Source of the DNA: a virus
Taxonomy: Duplodnaviria; Caudoviricetes
Reading direction: 5' to 3' (one strand)
Virus record (IMG/VR): IMGVR_UViG_3300025601_000007
DNA length: 64,000 nucleotides
Shown here: positions 46,411-55,378 of the stretch, piece after piece
Layout of the letters: every line of letters starts with the position of its first letter
Position numbering within the stretch: position 1 is the stretch's first letter
Notes under the pieces: generated by a model
What the model was told of the DNA's origin: nothing
Seen by the model: the letters and a program-made list of their open reading frames with translations, nothing else
Database searches by the model: none
Program-made: the position numbers and the translations under genes

Positions 46411-46739
46411 TAGTACAAGGAAGTAGAGATATTAATTTTAAAGGTATGTGTCAAGAAGGTTCTAAACTTATAATTCCAGCTTGGCAAAAACCAACAGAAT
46501 GGGATAAGCAGGTGAGAATATTCTTAGACCACATTATAATGTCAATGTCTTCCAATAAAGGCTCTCATGATATTGGAAGAATTAACGCGAGAGATACCCA
46601 CAAAATACCCTCTAATGAGAAGGGGTGGTTTGACAATATTGATGAAAGAGGAAATGAGATTGCAGAAGCGCTTTGGGGGCTGTATGAACTGGAGTTTAAA
46701 AATCCGAGCCTATCTATAGATAAAGACTTTCTAAAATGA
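46407..46739 (+). CDS. hypothetical protein inside the first dnaE split, 110 aa
   Basis: ATGA-coupled on both sides; no motif recognised. Confidence 0.7.
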   Translation: MIVQGSRDINFKGMCQEGSKLIIPAWQKPTEWDKQVRIFLDHIIMSMSSNKGSHDIGRINARDTHKIPSNEKGWFDNIDERGNEIAEALWGLYELEFKNPSLSIDKDFLK

Positions 46740-47800
46740 TAGATTTATTATTAAGCATAGAAGATATTACAAAAGCGGAACTCGACCAAAGACTTCGTGA
46801 GACTTCTCTTATTCATGCTGTTCCAACAAAAAAAGAAATCAAAGAGTGGCCATATAAGTGTGGTTTAGCTGTTTCTCCTTCTTGCATTATTGGAGCTATG
46901 TTAATTAGAGATAATAAAAAAACTGGTGTCATCACTGGTTTTCATTACATCATTGACCGTGGTAAGACGCAGATGAGATTGGAGGTGGATACTAAAAACT
47001 ACCCTTTAACTGGGAGTCAAGTTGAATATTTTACAAAAATTTATAACAAAAAAATACGTCACAAACTCCATCCTTCTAGAGGGGGAAAGTTTTTTTGGGA
47101 GCATGGGTTTTATATGAAGCACGGTGATTACAAAAAAATATACTATCGAACAAAAGGTTATAGAGAAAAATATCAAAAAGGATTAAATGAAACTTATGGA
47201 ACAACAGGGTTAACTTCTCCAGTACAAATACAAGAAGTTAGAGATAAGATATCTAAATCCATTCAAGACAAATACGGGGTGCCTTGGTTTTTAAACAGAG
47301 GAAGTCATTATAGTGCTGTGACTGAAACAATGATGGAAAAATATGGAGTTGAGAATATATTCCACAGTGATAATGTGCAACATGAAATCCAAGTCAACTT
47401 TGGAAGTGGGAGTTCTAAAAAAGAGCAAAAACTCGTTGAATACCTTGTTTCTGATTTAAAGCTTATTGATTCGAGTTTTTATGATGAAAGTGAAAATCAA
47501 CAAATTATAGTTGCTGATGTTGAAAACAAAAAAGCATATCATGTAGATTTTTATAATCCTAAAAACCGTATTATAGTAGAATTTTATGGAGACTATTGGC
47601 ACTGTAATCCATTAAAGTTTAAAGCAGATTACTTTCATCCTCATAAAAAGAAAACAGCAGGACAACTTTGGGAGATTGACGAACAGAGAATTAAGCAAAT
47701 TAAAAAGATAACAGGATATCGTGTTTTTATCATATGGGAACATGATTGGGACAAAAACAGAGAAGAAGTAAAAGCTACCTTAAAAAAAGCAATTCAATGA
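46736..47800 (+). CDS. free-standing DUF559/Vsr-like homing endonuclease
   Basis: KYGV repeats, then SKKEQKL...HVDFY...IVEFYGDYWHCNP...FIIWEHDW. Confidence 0.8.
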   Translation: MIDLLLSIEDITKAELDQRLRETSLIHAVPTKKEIKEWPYKCGLAVSPSCIIGAMLIRDNKKTGVITGFHYIIDRGKTQMRLEVDTKNYPLTGSQVEYFTKIYNKKIRHKLHPSRGGKFFWEHGFYMKHGDYKKIYYRTKGYREKYQKGLNETYGTTGLTSPVQIQEVRDKISKSIQDKYGVPWFLNRGSHYSAVTETMMEKYGVENIFHSDNVQHEIQVNFGSGSSKKEQKLVEYLVSDLKLIDSSFYDESENQQIIVADVENKKAYHVDFYNPKNRIIVEFYGDYWHCNPLKFKADYFHPHKKKTAGQLWEIDEQRIKQIKKITGYRVFIIWEHDWDKNREEVKATLKKAIQ

Positions 47801-47949
47801 AGACAGTCAGCATAAAGTCAATACGCAAGATACAGTACGACGGGCCAGTTTATGACTTATCTTTTGAAGGGGACCCATATTTTATGGTCAAATCTACTTC
47901 TAGTAAAGCTTTAAATAAAGAGTGTAACTCACTGATAATCATACACAAT
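47797..47949 (+). mobile_element. split intein 1, C-fragment (51 aa)
   Basis: VYDL block F and IIHN|S block G. Confidence 0.9.
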
Positions 47950-49419
47950 AGCCCTCCCGATTTAGATATTGATTTTCAAACAGGAACAGACCATGAAACT
48001 GATGACTTCCTTTACAAAAAATATGGTAGAGAACGAGTAATGAGTGTTGGTACTTTTTCTAAATGGAATGAAAGAGGATGTTTGAAGGACGTTGTTCGTG
48101 CACACCGTGGGCCAGAAGCAACAGGAACTGAATCGGATGTAGCTCAAATCACTAAAGAGATGCCGAAGTTCGACAAAGTCGAATACAACTTGGCTTGGTG
48201 GTTAGAAAACCATGCTCAGTCAGATGATTGCAGTCCACTCGTACAAAGATGGCTTACTGATTCATCCAACAAAGTAATTATAGAACAAACACTGGCTCTT
48301 CAGGGTCAAGTGAGAGGTTTTGGTAAACACGCCGCTGGAGTTGTTATTACTCCTGGGCCTTCTTGGGACTACCTCCCAACAAATATGATTGTCTCTAATA
48401 AATCAATTGTATCAGCATATCAAGAGGGGGACCGCTCTGGAAAAGACTTGAGTTATCTTGGGATATTGAAGCTTGACCGTTTGAAAGTGTCAACAATTAA
48501 TATCATCATGGATTGTATCAAGATGGTTAAGGATGGTGAAAAGATTGATTTGTTCGATACAATAATGAATATTGATGAGCAGTTTGATGACCAAAACCTT
48601 TACAAGGAGTTAATGCTTGGTCAGAACCACGGTATATTCCAATTTGAATCGCCAGGCATGAACGCTTTGATTCGAGGACTCAACGTTGAGAACTTTGAAG
48701 AAATGGCTGCTTGTAATGCTCTTTATCGACCAGGCCCAATGGGAATTGGAGCCCACCGTCAATACGTTGATAACAAGAGGTTCCCAGGACAGATTGAATT
48801 TCCATCTGATTTGATAAAGCCAATATTAGAAAAAACTAACGGTGTACTGGTGTTTCAGGAGCAAATTCAATTTATCGCAAAAGAGATAGCGGGAATGGAT
48901 TTAGGAGAGGGTGATAACTTGCGTCGTGCACTTGATAAAGCTGCGAAGCTTATAAAAAAAACAAACCAAGGAGAAGAACTCACTCAGGACGAAAAGGAAA
49001 GTAAGAACTATAAAGCTTACGAAGAGTATTGGAGTAAGTTTGTATCTGGAGCAGAGGAAAATGGTGTTCCGAAAGAAGAGGTTGATAAAATCCTTTTATA
49101 CCTTTCTGATTATCTAGGGTATTCGTTTAACAAATGTTTATCTGAAAACTGTGAAGTCACAGAAAAGGAAAAGGGAAAAATATCTCTTTTAAAAACTAGG
49201 CCAGGAGATATGATTTTAGGTTATAATCCAGACACGAAAAAAAATGAATGGGTTCCAGTGAAAGCTCGTCATAACAACGGTAAAAAGAAAGTTTATCGAA
49301 TTAAGACAAGTAGTGGGAAAATTTTAGAATGCACTTTGGACCATAAAATAATGACTGAACAAGGTATGTTACCTCTGAAAGATATTATTGAACAAAAGCT
49401 TTCTGTAAAAATAAACTAG
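47797..49419 (+). CDS. dnaE: DNA polymerase III alpha part 2, flanked by split intein C-half 1 and N-half 2 (start ATG 47797)
   Basis: MKTVSIKSIRK..VYDL..IIHN|SPPDLDIDF, GKHAAGVV, LKLDRL, GIFQFES, NALYRPGP, GVLVFQEQ, GYSFNK|CLSEN...stop. Confidence 0.95.
   Translation: MKTVSIKSIRKIQYDGPVYDLSFEGDPYFMVKSTSSKALNKECNSLIIIHNSPPDLDIDFQTGTDHETDDFLYKKYGRERVMSVGTFSKWNERGCLKDVVRAHRGPEATGTESDVAQITKEMPKFDKVEYNLAWWLENHAQSDDCSPLVQRWLTDSSNKVIIEQTLALQGQVRGFGKHAAGVVITPGPSWDYLPTNMIVSNKSIVSAYQEGDRSGKDLSYLGILKLDRLKVSTINIIMDCIKMVKDGEKIDLFDTIMNIDEQFDDQNLYKELMLGQNHGIFQFESPGMNALIRGLNVENFEEMAACNALYRPGPMGIGAHRQYVDNKRFPGQIEFPSDLIKPILEKTNGVLVFQEQIQFIAKEIAGMDLGEGDNLRRALDKAAKLIKKTNQGEELTQDEKESKNYKAYEEYWSKFVSGAEENGVPKEEVDKILLYLSDYLGYSFNKCLSENCEVTEKEKGKISLLKTRPGDMILGYNPDTKKNEWVPVKARHNNGKKKVYRIKTSSGKILECTLDHKIMTEQGMLPLKDIIEQKLSVKIN
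49135..49416 (+). mobile_element. split intein 2, N-fragment (94 aa)
   Basis: Cys1 CLSEN, GDMILG, CTLDHKI block B, then a stop codon. Confidence 0.9.
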
Positions 49420-49452
49420 TTTTAACAAATCTCAGTCTATATACTATATATT

Positions 49453-50442
49453 ATGAAAGTAAAAATCGATTTCAAAAAGGATATAGTGAATGGCGAAGAT
49501 ATTGATATGAAAAAATGGAGGGCAAAGTTGTCATTAGTTTTAATTAGACAAAACAACAACTACTACAATTCTGAGATATCAAATTATTATCACAAAAGTG
49601 TTTATGGGAAGAGTTTGGTAGATTTGCTTCCAGAATCCATTACAACTCCTTTGTGTCCGATTACAGGAGATAAGCCTAGTTACAAACTTCAAGGCTCTAT
49701 TGTTTTCGGTAAATTTTCGAATAATTGTACTACAACAGAAACTGCTAAGTACGTGGCGGAAAATAATAAAGAATATAAACTTCACGTCGAAAGAATGAAG
49801 GAAGAACGCAAAGGAAAAGGAAACCCTATGTACGGTATAAAAGCTTGGAACAAAGGAAAAACTAAAGATAATAATGAAGTCATGAAAAAGCTTTCTGAGC
49901 GCAGAAAAGGCGTTGAATTCAGCAATGAAACACTTGAGCGCATGTCAGAGAGTGCTAAAAAAAGAGAAATACATGGTCATACTGGATTTAAACATTCAGA
50001 AGAAACTAAACAGCGCCTTAGAGATATAACGATAGCTAGATACAAAAGTGGTGTCTATTCTCATGGTCAATCAAAACCTCATCTTGAGGTAAAGAGAATG
50101 CTAAGTGAACGATTTGGAAAAGATACTTATTCTGAATCAAATCACGCTAAAGAATTCAAAGGTACATGGGAAGAAGAGTTTTCTTGTTATGGTTATTCTT
50201 TTGACTTTAGAATAGGAAGCATTTTAATAGAAGTACAGGGAGATTTTTTTCATAGTAATCAAAATACAAGACATAGCGGGTGTACTCATGATGTTCAAAT
50301 AAAGAACAAGAAAAGAGATATAAAAAAAAGGCATGCAGTTGAAAGTGACGGGAGTTTTCAGCTTATAGAATTGTGGGAGAATGATATAATTAATAACGAG
50401 TCAATTATAAAAAACAAAATAAAATGTTTGAATCTATTATAG
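49453..50442 (+). CDS. free-standing endonuclease (NUMOD3-like repeats + DUF559/Vsr-like domain)
   Basis: GNPMYG.KAWNKG, GFKHSEETKQRL, FDF.IGSILIEVQGDFFH, IELWEND. Confidence 0.8.
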   Translation: MKVKIDFKKDIVNGEDIDMKKWRAKLSLVLIRQNNNYYNSEISNYYHKSVYGKSLVDLLPESITTPLCPITGDKPSYKLQGSIVFGKFSNNCTTTETAKYVAENNKEYKLHVERMKEERKGKGNPMYGIKAWNKGKTKDNNEVMKKLSERRKGVEFSNETLERMSESAKKREIHGHTGFKHSEETKQRLRDITIARYKSGVYSHGQSKPHLEVKRMLSERFGKDTYSESNHAKEFKGTWEEEFSCYGYSFDFRIGSILIEVQGDFFHSNQNTRHSGCTHDVQIKNKKRDIKKRHAVESDGSFQLIELWENDIINNESIIKNKIKCLNLL

Positions 50443-50534
50443 AAGTTGAAGAAATAGGAGTGGTAGATACTTACGATTTAGAAATCGATAATGAACATCA
50501 CAACTTCTATGCAAATGATATCTGTGTTTCAAAT
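50424..50534 (+). mobile_element. split intein 2, C-fragment (37 aa)
   Basis: TYDLEI, HNFYAN and VSN|S (penultimate Ser). Confidence 0.9.
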
Positions 50535-51515
50535 AGTCACTCGGTTTCATACGCATACATCGCTATGCAAACTTTATACTTAAAGCATTACTACCCAGTA
50601 TACTTTTATACAGCGCTATTGAACGAGCAAAAGTCTTCAAACGCTGGAAAGGAGAAAGAAAAACAATGGCTGACTCAGACAATCACCGCTGCAATATCTA
50701 GAGGAATCACTATAAAACCTCCGACTAGATTCTCAATATGGAGATGGTCGATGACTGGCCCCAACGAAATCACAATGGGTTTCTCTAGCATGACTGGGAT
50801 GGGAGATATTGCTTATAAAGAGTTGAAAGATAATTTAGCAATAAAAGGGAAGAAATTTAGCGAAATATCTATGGCTGCTTTTTTTGATATACCCTTCACT
50901 AAATTCAACAAGACTTCTTTTCGTTCTTGTTTACAAGCGGGAATGTTTGATGACTGGAGCACTTCTAGAGAATATTTAATGTTTCTAAGAGATAAAAACA
51001 GGAAGAAAAAACCTAAAGACGCTTCGCAGTTTGCAATGTTCGACATGGATGATATCGAGTACACTCATAGAATAGACCATTTAAAATACGCAGCAACTTC
51101 CGATATTGAAAAGCAAGATGAATTTATGGGAGTATGTGGTTTTGATATGGAAGAAATTAATCGAGTTTCAATTATTCACACCCGAATGGGGGAAATGAGT
51201 GACAAGTCGAAAGAAGCTATTCTTCCACTACCACATTATGCTGAAGAAGGTTTTTACTGGTTTATTATCAATGATATCTTATTTAAGAAAACTAAAAAAG
51301 GAAAAGACTTTATCTCTATACATGGAAGCGATGGTATTGACACTGTAAAGTTCAATATATTTTCTCCAATTAGTGAAAAACTTCTTCCTCAGCTACAGAA
51401 ACAAGCTGTATACGTAGGCAAATTCAAACGAAACGAAAAAGGATTTTTAAACTTTAACGGAAGAGTTAAATTAACAACAGTAATGCATGCATATGAAGAA
51501 ACATTATTGGTTTGA
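50424..51515 (+). CDS. dnaE: DNA polymerase III alpha part 3, starting with split intein C-half 2
   Basis: MFESIIEVEEIGVVDTYDLEI..HNFYAN..VSN|SHSVSYAYIAMQT.YLK.YYP..FY.ALL; C-terminal OB-fold-like region. Confidence 0.93.
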   Translation: MFESIIEVEEIGVVDTYDLEIDNEHHNFYANDICVSNSHSVSYAYIAMQTLYLKHYYPVYFYTALLNEQKSSNAGKEKEKQWLTQTITAAISRGITIKPPTRFSIWRWSMTGPNEITMGFSSMTGMGDIAYKELKDNLAIKGKKFSEISMAAFFDIPFTKFNKTSFRSCLQAGMFDDWSTSREYLMFLRDKNRKKKPKDASQFAMFDMDDIEYTHRIDHLKYAATSDIEKQDEFMGVCGFDMEEINRVSIIHTRMGEMSDKSKEAILPLPHYAEEGFYWFIINDILFKKTKKGKDFISIHGSDGIDTVKFNIFSPISEKLLPQLQKQAVYVGKFKRNEKGFLNFNGRVKLTTVMHAYEETLLV

Positions 51516-51849
51516 CAAACACCTCTTGAATAACTTGGAGGAATCAAAAGAATCAGGCGGTATAATCGCATCAATAGGGACAACTCGGCGAATGCGAGCC
51601 AATGGCACGTTATTGTACAAAAACAGCATGATGCAAGACGGATGGGATTATTTTCCTCTTCGACTTGAAATCGACGGACAACCAACATTTAGATACGTTT
51701 GTGAAAATGATTTTCATAAGCTTTGTCGAGAATATAAGATGTACGATTTAGGAGCTATGATGAGGGTGTTAAATGTTTTACAACAGACCATCGTCGTGTG
51801 CCCACATATAAAACAACAAGAGGACAACTCTCAATTTTACGACAATTAG
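51487..51849 (+). CDS. hypothetical protein, 120 aa
   Basis: ATG ORF overlapping the end of dnaE part 3. Confidence 0.6.
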   Translation: MHMKKHYWFDKHLLNNLEESKESGGIIASIGTTRRMRANGTLLYKNSMMQDGWDYFPLRLEIDGQPTFRYVCENDFHKLCREYKMYDLGAMMRVLNVLQQTIVVCPHIKQQEDNSQFYDN

Positions 51850-51928
51850 GAAAACGAGATATTATATCAAGACAAATGAAGGCGTTATAGGTCATTTCCA
51901 TTACAGGAATGCTTTAGACGCTCTGGCT

Positions 51929-52651
51929 TTGTATTACCTAATTCGAGGGCGATTCAAAAAATCCCCTGTAATTTATAATTTTTCCTGGAGGTCTGCTTCG
52001 GAAAAGCTTGGTATATCCGTTTCAATCCTTAGGAGATGTGTTCCAACGATGATTAAATGGGGTCTTGCTAAATTTCACCACGGCAACCTCCAAATGGTCT
52101 CTCATAACAAAGTAGAAAAGCCAATTAACGGGCTCATAGTTAAACATCGATGCACGATAGATACACAAGGTAGAAATATCACCACTGTGTCTGAAATGAA
52201 GAAGCTGCTGCTTCTAAAATTAGTTGAGTACAAAGCAAGACAGATACATCACGTCCACTCTAGCCTTAAGAACGAGATTAGCAACCGCTTCAATGAAGTG
52301 AATAAAGAAAATCGTACTGAAATTAAGGGAGAATTTGTGAGCATGTCTGTAACGCTTATTTCCAATGAATTAGAAATTAGCAGAACCCAATCTCAAACGC
52401 TAATACAATGGTGGGAGAAGATGAATTACATTGAAAGAATAAAAGGCCGAAAAAGAGCTGCACACATAATTGAGGGCACTTCTGTAAAGACTGTAATAGT
52501 ACCTAAAAAAGCTAGGAAAGTTGTGGGAGAAATAATGAAAGAGAAATTCGGATACGGATACTGGTGGAAAAACTTATTCATTACCGTTGAGCCAAACTTT
52601 TTAGCATTCCTCTCATTTCCACTCAAAGCAAAGAGCGGCCCTGGTTGCTAA
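51929..52651 (+). CDS. putative HTH DNA-binding protein (start uncertain)
   Basis: Two HTH-like segments (SASEKLGISVSILRR; ISNELEISRTQSQTLI). The frame is open upstream to ~51812 without an ATG. Confidence 0.5.
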   Translation: MYYLIRGRFKKSPVIYNFSWRSASEKLGISVSILRRCVPTMIKWGLAKFHHGNLQMVSHNKVEKPINGLIVKHRCTIDTQGRNITTVSEMKKLLLLKLVEYKARQIHHVHSSLKNEISNRFNEVNKENRTEIKGEFVSMSVTLISNELEISRTQSQTLIQWWEKMNYIERIKGRKRAAHIIEGTSVKTVIVPKKARKVVGEIMKEKFGYGYWWKNLFITVEPNFLAFLSFPLKAKSGPGC

Positions 52652-52701
52652 GAATCATACGCTATTCAACACACTGTGGTTTTAGTCAAAGACGACAAAT
52701 A

Positions 52702-53139
52702 TTAAGTGATAGAACCCCAGTCAAAAAGCGCTAATACTGATATAATAAAGGTTATTATTATACCGACAGCAACTCCAATCCCTACTATGTAGCTTTTGTA
52801 GTCTTCAAGTTTAGAAATTCTTTCAATGAGGCTGTCTGTTGAATTTTTAACTTCAACTACATTTTCGTTAATTTCTTTAATCAGAGTCTTTATTCTTTCA
52901 TCTACACGGGCTTGAAATTTGTAAGAGGATTTTTCTATCTCATTTTTAATTGACGTTACTCCTGATTTTAGCTCAACAATTTCTTTCTCTAGTCCTTTAA
53001 GTTTTGTTATCTCTAAATTACTATCTTGAATGCCTTCACGAAGTTTTTCAGAGCTTTCATTTAAACGTTCTAATTCACGAATGATGTGCTTTGACCATTC
53101 GTTCCATCCATTTTTTTCTTGGTTATCCGACATCTTCAC
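52702..53139 (-). CDS. coiled-coil protein with C-terminal TM helix (XhlA/holin-like architecture)
   Basis: Heptad-rich body and IVGIGVAVGIIITFIISVLAL at the C-terminus. Confidence 0.6.
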   Translation of the reverse strand: MKMSDNQEKNGWNEWSKHIIRELERLNESSEKLREGIQDSNLEITKLKGLEKEIVELKSGVTSIKNEIEKSSYKFQARVDERIKTLIKEINENVVEVKNSTDSLIERISKLEDYKSYIVGIGVAVGIIITFIISVLALFDWGSIT

Positions 53140-54358
53140 TGTTATGTTTATCGTTATTTAACTCTTGGATTACCTTGCTAGACAAAACAATATAGCTCAC
53201 TTCTCCCTCTTCATTCAATATTGGACTTACTATGCTGCTTGCTAGCTTATAACCTTTTGTTTTATGCTTCCCTCTGTACTTTACAATAAGTGTTTTTTTT
53301 GTATTCAAAACACTTAACATTTTTTTCATTGTTTTTTCTTCATCTTCTGGATGAATCAATTCTGATAAACTTTGTTTTACATGCTCTTCAGGAGCATATC
53401 CAGTATATTCTAAACAAGAGGGAGATATGTAAACCAAAGACGGAGGGCCATCGTTTATTTTATACACTTTCACAAGTTCACGAGTGTTATGAAGAATTTT
53501 CTCATATATTTCCCTGTTTATAAAAGCTTCTTTTTCAGATTTTATAACTTCTGTAATCACCTTAGTGCTAGTCCTTATTTCAGTAATTTCTCCATTTTCA
53601 AGTATCGGCTTCGAACAAGACTCTACCCACACATAATACCCTTTTTTATGTCGAAGTCGAAACCTTGCAATTTGAAAATCTTTATTTTTCATCAAAGGTT
53701 TGTGTGATTCTTTTTTTATTCTTTCAACATCTTCAGGCAACACAAAATCATAAGCATTTTTTTCAACCATGTCACTTTGACTGTATCCAAAAAGCTTTTC
53801 GTAAGAAGGAGAAACGTATATATAATTTCCTTTGGTGTCATGCAAGCAAATAGCTTCGTGACTACTTTCAGTTAAAACTTTGTAAATTTTATCTTGTTTA
53901 CTAATTTTTATAGCTTGTTGAATTTCTGTTGTTATGTTCGCACAAACGCTGTAATTAATCCCATTATTATCAGGAATTGAAGAATTCCATTTTAACCAAA
54001 CGCTATGACCATCCTTATGGAGATATTCATTCACAAATCCTTCAATAACACTCTCAATACCTTTTTTTAGCTTAGTCAAAACAGCTTTAGTTTTATCAAC
54101 ACTGTTCGGAGAAATAAAAGACAATATAGGAGATGATAGCAATTCCTCTTCAGAGTATCCTAACCACTTGCAAAAAACAGAATTAACTTTAATAAACATT
54201 TCATCTTCAACATTTGCTATACACATTCCAGCTGAAGAGTTTTCAAAAAAACCTCTAAACATTTTTTCTGAATCAAGAATATCTTTGTCGCGTCGATTAA
54301 GTTTTTCCGTGAGTGATTTAAGAAGTTCTATGTTAATATTGCTCTCCATAAACGGCAA
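53123..54358 (-). CDS. protein made of three PAS/PAC domains, no output domain
   Basis: Three repeats of F..FE/S...I...N/SP....LGYS.EE......F/I.P.D...Y..R/H.HK.G..VW. Confidence 0.85.
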   Translation of the reverse strand: MPFMESNINIELLKSLTEKLNRRDKDILDSEKMFRGFFENSSAGMCIANVEDEMFIKVNSVFCKWLGYSEEELLSSPILSFISPNSVDKTKAVLTKLKKGIESVIEGFVNEYLHKDGHSVWLKWNSSIPDNNGINYSVCANITTEIQQAIKISKQDKIYKVLTESSHEAICLHDTKGNYIYVSPSYEKLFGYSQSDMVEKNAYDFVLPEDVERIKKESHKPLMKNKDFQIARFRLRHKKGYYVWVESCSKPILENGEITEIRTSTKVITEVIKSEKEAFINREIYEKILHNTRELVKVYKINDGPPSLVYISPSCLEYTGYAPEEHVKQSLSELIHPEDEEKTMKKMLSVLNTKKTLIVKYRGKHKTKGYKLASSIVSPILNEEGEVSYIVLSSKVIQELNNDKHNSEDVG

Positions 54359-54435
54359 ACTATTTTTTAATTTAAAGGTTTATCATAAATAGGCAAACGA
54401 AACCATTTTGCCCTATTTATGATAAACACAGAACG

Positions 54436-54894
54436 ATGAGCATGCAGAAGAAAGCCGCGTGGTTAAAGAAGCAGATGTATAAAGACTTGTATAAAGACCA
54501 GCATGAGATAAACAAGAAAAAATATATGGAAGGGCAAGCTGCGGCAATGACCAAAAAGATGACCGCCCCAGAAAAGAAATTTGAAAAGATGATGAAGAAG
54601 ATGGGTGTGAATTGCGAACCTCAAAGAATTCTTAACGATGTGATTTATGATTTTTACCTACCAGACTATAATGTTTTAGTGGAGATTGATGGAGATTACT
54701 ACCATGGAAATCCAAAAGTCTATACCGAGGGGGAGCTAAATCATATGCAAATTAAGAACAAAAAGAACGACCTCTATAAAGACAGCCTTGCACGGGGGTT
54801 GGGTTACGTTCTGGAAAGAGTATGGGAAAAAGACATCAATGAAAATTACAGTTCTGTGTGTGAGCATTTTGAACAATACAATAAAGAACAATAA
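54436..54894 (+). CDS. DUF559/Vsr-like endonuclease
   Basis: TAPEKKF..M...IYDFYLPDYNVLVEIDGDYYH...LERVWEKD. Confidence 0.8.
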   Translation: MSMQKKAAWLKKQMYKDLYKDQHEINKKKYMEGQAAAMTKKMTAPEKKFEKMMKKMGVNCEPQRILNDVIYDFYLPDYNVLVEIDGDYYHGNPKVYTEGELNHMQIKNKKNDLYKDSLARGLGYVLERVWEKDINENYSSVCEHFEQYNKEQ

Positions 54895-55316
54895 TGAACA
54901 ACGAGTCATACATACGAAGCGAAATTCGCAAATACTTATTGGAGTATTCTAATATTGGGGCAGATAATGGCGAGGAGCTAGAATATTCTCCAGAATCAAT
55001 TGAGGATTTAATTGCTGTGGCTCAGCAGCGAAAAAAAGACCAAGAAAAAAGTCTCAACAGCTTAAAGAAGCAGCAGGGTATTCAAGTGCATCCAGATAAG
55101 TCAATCAACACAATGATGAAAAAAACTGATAAAACAAAAATGGATGGCATTGAAGACGAAATTGAGTCAACTGATGACCAGGAAGAAGAACTTGGCAGAG
55201 TTCTTGCCACAATGGGGAAGATGAATCAGCAAAATAAAGACTATAAAGACAGGGTCAACCAGATGTCACAAACATCTTCTCAAGTAGATTTGGATTCAAG
55301 TATAACCAATACTTAA
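54894..55316 (+). CDS. hypothetical coiled-coil protein, 140 aa
   Basis: Coupled to the previous gene; N-terminal ESYIRSEIRKYLLE. Confidence 0.7.
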   Translation: MNNESYIRSEIRKYLLEYSNIGADNGEELEYSPESIEDLIAVAQQRKKDQEKSLNSLKKQQGIQVHPDKSINTMMKKTDKTKMDGIEDEIESTDDQEEELGRVLATMGKMNQQNKDYKDRVNQMSQTSSQVDLDSSITNT

Positions 55317-55378
55317 AAAACCTTTATTTTATTTTTTTTAGAACTCCATATTTATAGCTGAACATAAATATTCAATTA

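Noticed and set aside
44221-51515. dnaE as a broken pseudogene or frameshift artefact
   Set aside because: Breaks fall exactly at intein half boundaries with intact splice residues and coupled start codons.
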